A stretch of 64,000 nucleotides of DNA from Octopus bimaculoides. Its lineage: Eukaryota. The position numbers were made by a program, and so were the translations under genes. Below the pieces are notes generated by a model, which searched no databases, had not been told where the DNA came from, and saw only the letters and a list, made by a program, of their open reading frames with translations. The stretch covers positions 13,913,109 through 13,977,108 of the forward strand of contig NC_068987.1 of NCBI RefSeq assembly GCF_001194135.2, given 5' to 3'. Shown one piece after another: positions 13,743-25,247 of the stretch. How positions within the stretch are numbered: position 1 is the first letter of the stretch; each line of letters begins with the position of its first letter.

Positions 13743-16700
13743 CATGCACGCAAGCATTAAAATTAAATACACTTATATGCGTAGTAATCTCATTGCAAAT
13801 TGGTTTATTTTTCTTCTTATTGCTTTTGAGTTTGGTTGTTATTTTTTTATTATTATTATTATTTTCTTCTCGTGTCGTCATTGTATAAAGTGAAACTGGA
13901 TACTGGGTGTCAGAGCAGCAGTGGGCATGGCGGTTATGTTAATGGCGGTTATGTTAATGGCGGAGCTTGTGATAGCAATTAAAACAAAAACAACTGTGAT
14001 TCCATGCTATAACTATGGCAGTTATGAGAGTAGTTACTTATCTAGAACATGAATTCATTTAAAATTGATAAGATTTTATTCCTCTCTGTCTGTTTCTCTC
14101 TCTTCCTCTTTCTCACACACACACACATACAATCCATTGACAGATTATAAACCTCAGCTGTACATCAAATGTTTCATGTATCTATGGTAGATACTCTTCC
14201 ATATATTTCTCAAAATGTTAGTTAACACTTAGTAATAAATATTCTTCATGATATATTATTTAGAAAGATTTGAATCTCATTTCATATAGATGCAGGTAAC
14301 CAACCAAATGGCCACAGAGAGAAAATTAGTCTCCTTTCCTGTAAAGAAGTTTTATTAGTTTACATCTGATAATATATCTTTTATGTTGCTAATCTAAATC
14401 AGCAGATTTGCAATATTTTTATCTATTTTTTTAAATAAATATTTTTCTTTTTCTTTTTCCTTTAGCTTTAGCTTTTATATTTGCTCATGTTTATCTTAAG
14501 ATGAGTGTTCCTAATTATATTCAAACACAGATTTCTTCATATAAAAATATGTACATGAATAAAATGCTTGGTCACGTACACATGTAAGTGACCAGCATTT
14601 GGTACTGTGCAAAAGCTAGTATAGGGATCACATGTGCACTCTGTGTGTGTGTGTGTGTGTGTGTAGCTTAGCAAAATGTTTAAGAAGTTCACTTCAAAAT
14701 CTTGTACCTGCTTTAATCCCTGACATCTTGAGTGTGAGTCTTTTACCTATAATCTTTATGTTTACATTGTACAAGAGTAGAAATAATTGGGAAACAGAGT
14801 CAATACCTTTACATTTTGAGCTGAAAAATCTTGCTAGGATAATTTTGGCATTTCATGCTCCTGGGATCATTAAAATAGATACCAATAGGATTCTAATCAG
14901 GCAAGTGTCTTCTGCCATTGTGTTATGTCAGTCATAGCTCGCCAACAAAATTTGCTAAATGGAAACTGTATAGAAGCCCATGAGAGGGATCATACTTGTT
15001 CTTGGGTGATAGATTTAACCCATTTAGCATTCAGATTACTCTGTCAAATGTAATGCTTATTCATATTGTTTTGAATTTATGTATTATCTCATAGTTATGT
15101 GATTTTGATGATCTGATTGTTTATTTTTAGAATGGCATTGTAGGGTAGGTGTGAGAGACCAAATGTGGCCAGTTTGAAAATAAAACAGATACAATATTTG
15201 GGCTTGATATGGTCAGTTTAAATACTAAAGTGTTAAGCTGTCATCCACCTCCTGGCCCTTGAAAGTGTTTTAGTAAAGTCCATTGTATTTGAAGAAATTG
15301 AGCCATATCTCTGGTTTTAGAATAACTTCTGGTTTTCCTCTCACTAGTCTTGGAGTCCGTAAAAAGGTCATAGGTACTGTCTTTTCTCCTCTGATTAATC
15401 CATTTACCAGTGATTGGCAGCTATATGCTGGTTCTTGGTAATGAGATTGTGTAGAAAAACATGAATGGCATGATATGTGAAGAGGGGGTGATAGGAAGGA
15501 GACAGGATAATGGAAGTTAGGAAAAGTGATGCATATTAACAATTAGTGAAGGTGTAATGTGTGTGTGTGTGTGTGTGAGAGAGAGAAATGAGGGATATCA
15601 ATGAAGATGATAAGAGAGTGGAGAGAGAAAGAGTGTGATGGCTAGTAGCATGGTAGAGAATATGCTGGACATTGAATATGAACAGTGCACAAGCGTTCAT
15701 ATTAGAGATGAGAGATAGAAATATAAAGGCTGATAATGAAGAAAATAGTGTGAGATTGAATACAAGTAGATTCGGCATCATCCCTTGCTACACAGATGGT
15801 ACACCCCCTAAAAAGTGAATTGTGCTGATGTGATGTAGCATCATATAAGCCTGGTAGTTATTCTCTTGGTTGCTTTTGCTGAACCACTAAGTTACAGGGA
15901 CGTAAGCACACCAACACCTGTTCTCAAGCGGTGGTTGGGGACAAACACTGACACACACACACACACACACACATATGTATATATGATGGGCTTCTTTCAG
16001 TTCCCATCTACCAAATCCACTCACAAGTCTTTGGTTGGCTCCAGGTTATAGTACAAAACACTTGCCCAAGGAGCCATGCAGTGGGACTGAACCTGGAACC
16101 ATGTGGTTTGAAAGCAGTCTTCTTACCATACAGCCACGCCTAGTCCTAGAGATTGTATTATACAGTAATAAACTACTACACCAATGGGCTAATGCTCTCA
16201 TCTTCTATATAGAATGATCATACACACATGCTCTCTCTTATATGTGTGTGTGTGTGTGTATGAGTGCATGTGCGGTAGTACATTTTCTTTTTATATTTCA
16301 TCATTTTAGCTTTATTTTTCAAACATGAACTGCAGTTCCTGTAATTACTCAAATGTCATTTTAGAGAGAAAAAAAACAAAAAACATTTCGTCAATTGATA
16401 GTAACTAAGCGATTATTGGGTAAAATGAAAATATTTCATACTTTGTTATTTCCACAGATAAAAACAAAAATTAAATTAAAATGAAGAAAAATTATTGATG
16501 ATGATGACGATGATGATATTAATAATAATAAGTTTTTCCTGTTCAACTTGAATAGTTTCAGTGGTTAGGCTTAACCTTCTGTCTTCCGGAACCGTCCACC
16601 CTCCAATGCATTTGCCAATTGCTGATAATGTTACCAAGTTTTTTGCTGTTAGTCTTACAATACATTCCAATACATATATATATATATAAACATACACATA

Positions 16701-17286
16701 TGCACACATGAATGCATGGACATGTGTACTCACTAATAAACATACACATATAGACATGCATGTAGAAAATATCCACACAAATTACACAATCACTCACACT
16801 GGCATACACACCAACACATGTGCAAATATAAATGTCTAGAAATGCTTGCCTCTCTTGGATGTTATACAAGATACATTTTTTTTTTTTTTTGGTCAGTATA
16901 ATTTGATTCAGAATTGTTTTTTTTTTTTTTAATTTTTATTCCACCCCCTCTTTTTCTTTTCATATTTTCTCTCTCGCTCCTCTCCGCATTCCTCTATTCC
17001 ACCGAACACACATCTCCCTTCCCTGACAACCTTTCATTTTTAGTGTTTTATATTTGTTGATGCCTTCATTTTGTCTTTAGTTAAGTTGAATTTTGGCTTG
17101 ATTTGCTGTGACTCGCAGGGGGTAGTCTGACAGGAAGCAGTGGGAGTGGGAGTGGAACTGGAGTCCTGAGTGGAATTTCTGGGAGAGCGGCAGGAAACAA
17201 ACCAGGGATGCCGCAAACACAGCCAACCATTGACATGTTGGTAAGCCCTGCTGTTTTTTGTCTTTTAATTCTCTCTCTTTCTCTCT

Positions 17287-17385
<99 letters not shown>

Positions 17386-18316
17386 TCCTTTTTTGTATTC
17401 TGCTTATATTTGTTTTTCTACATATCTTGAAACCTTACATAATGTTAGTAACAATTATAATTATATTACTTATAATTCTCTATGTGTTTGTTGATTGGTG
17501 GAACTGTTAGATCATTGGACAAAATGCCATATTATTTAGTTATAGTCCTTTACATTCTAAGCTCAAATCTTGCTGAAGTCAGCTTTGCCTTAGAATCTTC
17601 CATGATAGATAAAATAAACTATCAGTCAGGTACTGGAGTCAATATAATCAATACTTCCTTCCGCTGAGTTTTCTGACCTTGTGCCTTTGTTGGAAACTAT
17701 CATTATTATTATATTAAGCTGACGAGCTGGCAGAATCATTAACACATCAGGTAAAATGCTTAGTGGTATTTCACCCATCACTATGTTCTTAGTTCGTGGA
17801 GGCGCAATGGCCCAGTGGTTAGGGCAGCGGATTCGTGGTCATAGGATCTCGGTTTCGATTCCTAGACCGGGCGTTGTGAGTGTTTATTGAGCGAAAACAC
17901 CTAAAAGCTCCACGAGGCTCCGGCAGGGGATGGTGGCGAACCCTGCTGTACTCTTTCGCCCCAACTTTCTCTCACTCTTACTTCCTGTTTCTGTTGTACC
18001 TGTATTTCAAAGGGTCAGCCTTGTCACACTGTGTCATGCTGAATATCCCCGAGAACTACGTTAAGGGTACATGTGTCTGTGGAATGCTCAGCCACTTGCA
18101 CGTTAATTTCATGAGCAGGCTGTTCCATTGATCGGATCAACTGGAACCCTCGACGTCGTAAGTGATGGAGTGCCAACAACATGTTCTTAGTTCAAATTCC
18201 ACCATGATTTTGCCTTTCATCCTTTCGGAGTCGATTAAATAAGTACCACTTACTCACAGGAGTCGATGTAATCGACTTAATCCTTTCCCCCAAATTTGAG
18301 GCCTTGTGTAGAAAGG

Positions 18317-18385
<69 letters not shown>

Positions 18386-21300
18386 AGGTGGCAAGTTGGC
18401 AGAATTGTTAGCATGCCAAACAAAATGTTGTGTGGCATTCCTTCCAGCTTTACATTTTGAGTTCAAATTCTGCTGAGGTCAACTTTGCCTTTCATCATTT
18501 TTCATGTTGATAAAATAAGTACCAGTTGAGCTCTGAGGTTGATGTAATCGACTAACTCCCTTCCACAAAATCTCAGGCCTTGTACCTATAGTCAAAAAGA
18601 TCATCATTGTTATTAAGAGTGGTTGACTGGCAGAATCAGCAGTATCAGACTTGTTATGATATTAATATAAAGCCCTTTACATTCCCAGTAGAAATCTTAA
18701 AAATATCAACTGCTTTTAATTGTTCTGGGTAAAGGCCACACACTGTAAAGTGGTTGGCATTAGGAAGGGCATCCAGCTGTAGAAACCAATTCAAATCAGA
18801 CTGGAACCTGGTGCCGCTCTCCAGCTTTTGAGCTCTGGTCAAACTGTCCAGCCCATGCCAACATGGAAAATGGATGTTACCGGATGATAATGACGATGAT
18901 GATGAGTCAGTAATATGAAGTTCCATTTGAGTACTGCTATTTATCTCTTTGCAGTGCCACGTGATCATTCTCTCCCCATCTTCTGAATATGGGTATCTGT
19001 ATAGCTTCTCTACAACATGAAACCTGCTCTTCTCCCTTCTCTCATACTTTTAACCCCTCATCCTCGTTTAATGTCCACGTTTCATGCTAGGAGAGGTTAG
19101 ATGGTTTGATAGGATACAACGAATCCAAGGACTGCATTGTGCTCCCTTACCTTTCTTGGCATGCTTTCTGTGGCTCGATGCCCTTCCTAATGCCAACCCT
19201 CTCACAGTATCTACTGGACATGGTTTTTCTTTGTGCCGCTAGCACTAGTGAGGTTACCAGACCCTCAGAATATGATGAGCAGGGGCAGACATCACAAATG
19301 CATTCTATCAAATTCTGTAATGACTCTGTCACTTTTCCAAAAAGAAAAATTGTCAATTAATAACAAGGCTGTTAATTATTGATTAATGATATAATATTCT
19401 AGTAGTGGTTTTCTTTGGTTTGTTTTGTTTTTATGTTAATGTATTTTTGCTTCTGTGTAAATGTAAAATAACGGGATATTGTTTTTTATGTTTTTGCTAT
19501 ACCTTAGGAGGCTCATTATGTCAATAATAGAAAATAGGAAAAATTGGAAAACAAAGTTTTTTTTATGGTTAACATTTTGATTTGGTGTTTATTTTAAATA
19601 TTAAAAATGTCTAAGATGAATCATAGTCCAGAACAGGTTTTAAAGCACTCACACTCGATATATTTAATGTCATATAAGTGACGTCCATCATTTCCAATCT
19701 TCTATGAAAACATGTTTGCTCATGGGGAAATATTTACCTTACTTAAAAAACAGGTAATGGTTGGTGACAGAAAGGGCATCCAGCTGTAGAAAACCTGCTT
19801 CAGCTAATTCCATTTGATCCATGCAAGCATGGAAAGGGGACATTAAAATGATGATGAGATAGTTAAGCCAATGAGGAAGTCTCCAAAGTGGTTGCTTAGT
19901 CTGCTAGAAATAGCAGTCAGATTTCACTACCATTTAACAATAAAAGAAAAGGACACATTTGATGAGCCAGATACATTTTATCTGAGAAAAAAGACAGACA
20001 GGTCACAGCTGAAGTATTTTTGGTCATTGGTTTTCTCAATCAGGGATGATGTGAGCTTAAACAACAATAATGTCTTGAATGTTTCAATATTTCAGTTAAT
20101 TATTTTAAGGACGTCTGAAATCATTTTCAGTGAAGCTTCCTCACAGTTTTCACTTTGTAAACTAGAATGGATAGCAACACATCCAAAATGTTATCTTGCA
20201 ATAAAAATGCTCAGAAATTGAGAAGGATCTCTTCCCATCTCTTTCTCTTTGTACTTATTAAATCATACAAGTGGTGTGCCCTGGTGACCAGTTATTGTAA
20301 GGGAGGCAATTATTCCTAGATAAATCAAAGCAGGATTAGAAGTTTGAATTCTAAATCAAGAAACCTGGAAGAAGATGCATTGCTCTATGATTTTTCCTTT
20401 TTGGTAACTCACGAGAAAGATCATAAAATTTTAAAATTGTAGGTGTAACACTTTGCTTTTTCTTTTCTTTCTTCCCATTTCTTTCTTTTTGTTGTTGTTT
20501 GTATTGTGTCTGCTAGATTATAATTCTGGGCCTGTAATGAAAGCAGTTGATTACAGTGTTTCTGGAGCATGGCAGAAAATAAATTAATAACTGCTAATTA
20601 AATGTGTGTTTGTATCATTTGTATTGACATCACAGACTAATTGTAAATGAGCATCACCCTCCTACAAGCAGTGTCATTCGTTTGCAATCTTACATGGAAA
20701 CATGTCTGGCTGTTATGCTGTTCATGTGTGAAGGATTAAGGTAAATGTTACCTTACTTGAAAGCATGTGAGGGTTGGTGACATGGAAGGCATCTGGCCAT
20801 AAAAAACCTTCTACAAATCTCATCTGACTCATGTAAGCATGAAGAAGTGGACATGAAAATGATGATTGTAGTAATTATATCATGCGGTATATGACATAAT
20901 CTATTATAACATGTATGTAATCATAGTTATTGATCAAATTTTTTCATGAACAAAACTTACAATAGACTAGTATATTATCTAGTCTAGAGTTGAGCTGCCA
21001 TAAAGCTCACCACATCATAATACTTTCTCATAACTACAGTAAATGGAAAATAAAGTGTCCGCACTAAATGATGATGATTTACTTCTTTGTTATTGCTACA
21101 TTATTATTATTATTATTTTTATTGTTTTTGTTATAGGAGTATCCATTTTTCACCATGAAAACCTTTCCTCCTGCATTCATTGTTCACTTAGGAGGTGTTG
21201 TGTCAGCAAAATCTGTTAAATTGCTGGATAAAATTCATAATCCTGGTAAGTTTCAAATGGTTTTGGGCTAGTTCATTATTTTTAATCTCTAAATATAATT

Positions 21301-23169
21301 TGGCATCCGAGATAAAATGAACATATACATACACACACACATGTATATTTTATTTTGCTTTTGCTAAATGTCTAAAACTGAAAATGATTCATTAGTACAA
21401 TGGATTCTAGGACAGCCAATGTTTTGATTGACATTGTTGTATTTCACCTACCAGAGGCATCCCAGACTGATGAAACCAACAAGAGTTCAAAGCTCTTGTT
21501 TATAACTTCTGCAAACAAACGGTTTCCTGATTCAACCACTAATAAATCCTCTTTTGCATGGTGAACAGCAAGAATGGAAACAATGACTTGCATTTTTATT
21601 TTTGATAAATTCCGGCACGTTCGAGTGTGAATACGCTAATTGCCATTGTGTTCATAATGCTAATGGATCGAGTATGTTTCAATCGTACATTTGTTACAAA
21701 GTACTCGTTCTCTTATGATAAAACACAACAGTGATTAGCATATTCACAGTTGAATTTGCCAGAGCATATTAAGAGTAAATATGCAAATCATTATTTTGAT
21801 TCTTACACATGACAATTTATTACCAATTAGCAGTTATCAGCATGAATCAGCAAATAATTTGCTTGCTGAAATCATAAACAAGAGCCACAAATTCTTGTTA
21901 AATTCATTAGTCCAGGATGCCTTTAGCTGACGAGACACCACAATGTTGAAACACTGAGTGTCTCAAAGTCCACTTCTGCTAATGAATCAAATATGTTATG
22001 AACACATTCGTTATAAAGAAGTTGTTCTCCTGTGATGAAACAGCAGTGATTAGTATATTAACATTTGAATCTGTTGGATTATATTAAGAATGAATATGAA
22101 AGTCATTATTTTAGTTCTTGCTCTTCACTGAACAGGTGATGATCTTTTAAGAATTATCTATTATAATGTTATTGTCTGCTAAGAACTCAGGTATTTCATC
22201 AATTGTCTATTGAACTAAGCAATGTGCTTACTTCGACTTGGAGCATGTATACCAAAGCTTCAGTTCATCTTTGATGTTTAGCAAGCTTCTTAATGCAGCT
22301 ATGTCTGTGACTATATAGTAATTTATGTAACAATAAATATTAGGTTAACAGTACAAAGTGTTCTTCTGCATGTTTTATTTTATTTTCCTATTTTCTTTTT
22401 TTTTCCACCCACTTTCAGATGAACCTGAGACGAGAGATGCTTGGTGGATTGAAATCCGTACTGAGATCCGTTCTCATTGTCGTTCAATGGGATGTCATGC
22501 TGTGATAGGTTACAGTGAAATGTCTTCCATATGGTGAGCTTCTTATAATCTGCATGTCTCTGCATTCTTTATCTTTGTCATATGCTCTCACTCTCCATAT
22601 TTCCTCCCCTATATATATATAAATAATAATAAATGGAGCAAAACACATATAAATAAAAGTTCCTTTAATTCCTACACATGTTTCAAAATATATGAGAGAG
22701 CTCTTCTACAAAGAAGTAAGAACTGCTGGAATACCTCATATATTCCTCTTCAGGGAATCCATAAATAAACATATAAAAGCAAGACAAATACGAAATGATG
22801 AGGTAACTTACGAGCTAAGATGTTACATCATAAATTATATATATATATTTGTAAATAGTGATTACTCCAAACATTTACCAGTTTGTTCTCGGTTAGGTAT
22901 ATATATAAAAAGAATTAAAGGTAATGCTATGCCACTTCATAATAATCCTTGTTATAGTTCTATATTTAAGAGATGAAGAATCATGTACATTATTTACATT
23001 TGACGGATATTTGTCTTCATCTTGTTTGTTGTTAACACAACGTTTCGGCTGATATACCCTCCAGCCTTCATCAGGTGTCTTGGGGAAATTTCGAACCCGG
23101 GCGTATGGTGTAGTGGTTAAGAGCACAGGCTGCTAACCCCAAGATTCCGAGTTCGATTCCAGGCAGTGA

Positions 23170-23216
<47 letters not shown>

Positions 23217-25216
23217 TCAAAATATACCTTAGGAATGAGAACCCAGGTTCGAAATGTCCCCCAAGACACCGGATGAAGGCTGGAGAGTATATCAGCCGAA
23301 ATGTTGTGTTAACAACAAACAAGATGAGGACGAATATCCGTCAAATGTAAATAATGTTCTGTACTCAGATTTAATTTTGTATTATAAAATTGAGACTAAC
23401 TTTGCATTGTTGGTGTATACCTATGCATACCAAGTTTCATATTTTGGAGAAAACTGTTTTAATTGATTTTACTACTCCATTCTTCAATTGACATTTTCTT
23501 ATTTCCTTTTTATCTGTATGTGTGTGTGTGCATGTGTATGTATGTATATATACAGGCACACACACACATGCACATGTTTTATATATATCTGTGTGTGTGT
23601 GTAAAATAACTTTTTACAGAAATTGTTTTCATCTTTTTTTGTTTGGTTTTTGAATTCATTAGGATTCCTTTCTTCAAGTGACAAATTATTTTATTTATTT
23701 TTAATTCATTCAGTTTTTTTGGCTTTTTTTTTTTTACATGACACAAGTTCCTTTACTTTTCCATTAAAAAAAAATTTTTTTTCTTTTATTTATCACTTTC
23801 ATTTTATTTTTCCTTCTCCTCCTTCTTTTCGTTTCAGTGATGAAGTAATTATTCTGTCAGCTATTGGCACAGCTGCTGTCATCAGCAGCAACATGGATGT
23901 ACTGCTGCCTGTTGTCGCACAGAAAGAAACTGCTCCACTCTATCAGTCCACTGATAAGGTACCAGTGGAGAAGGAGAAGCTTTATGTTGACGTGAACTTG
24001 GCAAATCAAATGTCACAGAATAGGTAAGGCTTCCTCACTCCCACACACACGCACATTACAACTTATTTATCTATTTTTGCTAATTACTCTATCATTTGTG
24101 CCAAGCTACCTACGTTAGAGTGGTGTATAGTAATAATAATAATAATGATGATTGCATTTATTTGCCACAAGGGTGAAGGATGAGGGGGCAATACAAAGAC
24201 AGACATAAAGTGTGGGAGTTTACATATAATGAAATGATTATAAAAAAAAGGGAAAGAGAAAGAAATTAAGTGGACATGGTATACACTGAAAAAGAAGGGA
24301 CATATGTATAGCATACAATGGTTTAAAAAAATGGTTGGGTAGGATGATAGAAATGCCTCTTTGGATAATCGAGGAACCCCACTGTCTGAGATTTCCCAGC
24401 TAATTTCTAAAGCATAAACAGTGCTGTATTTTATCAGAAATATGGCCATGAAAGGGTTAAAGAAGTCACTGATTTCATAAGAACAATTCCTTATTTATTT
24501 TTGTTTATTTATTTTTTTTCTTTACTTTCCAGTATTGAAGAGGGTTACACACCTGCAAACTGTGTACTTTGTCACATTCCCTACAAAACTGCCTCTATGC
24601 CATTTAAGGTAACACTGGATACCTGCACTGTATGTCAGTAAGTATATTGTTTCTGTATGTTTTAAGATAGCAGTGAACTGTGTGTGTGTGTGTGCATGCG
24701 TTATACATGTCTTTGTCATCATCATCGTCAGCACCTGCTTTTCCATGCTTGCAGGGATCAGACACAATCTGTTGAAGCAGTTTTTTTTTTTTTATGGCCA
24801 AATTCCTTCTTGATACCAGCTCTTACAGACAAGAGTATACATATATAACCAAGTATCTCCTTTACAGCAGCACACCTGTTTCTATCCCCTTTCTTGTTAA
24901 CTTTCTCTTTCCTTCTCTCTCTCTCTCCCTCTGGGTATCCATGTACTTCCCCTGTAGCAAGATACCTCTCTCTCTCTGTCACACTCTAACCTTTCATCAT
25001 CTGATACAAGATCACCTCACACAAAGATTCCTTGTCTTGCAAGTTACTTGGTGATGTTGCAGGTACTGATGCTGGTGTTAGGAAGGGCATCCACCCGTAA
25101 AAAACCATGCCAAAATAGACACAGAAGTATGGTGCAATATTCTACCTGGCCAGCTCCTGTCAAACCATCCAACCCATGCCAGCATTGAAGACGGACAGTA
25201 AATGATGATAATGATA

Positions 25217-25247
<31 letters not shown>

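Noticed and set aside
16562-16650. Open phase-1 frame VVRLNLLSSGTVHPPMHLPIAD after TTTCAG
   Set aside because: The only reasonable donor (GCT/GTTAGT) is phase 0 and would frameshift the next exon; no homology.
17240-21137. A missing tiny exon to supply the residues human has between ALE and EFPFF
   Set aside because: The direct junction DML/EYPFF is in frame and plausible; no convincing 9-nt exon seen.
21467-21500. CUGAUGA followed by a hairpin, suggesting another hammerhead
   Set aside because: No GAAA after the hairpin and no helix I or III partners.
23098-23173. tRNA gene (GCT anticodon-like loop, A and B boxes)
   Set aside because: Acceptor and anticodon stems do not pair properly, there is no long variable arm for Ser, and it runs into (AAT)n; treated as a SINE-type head.
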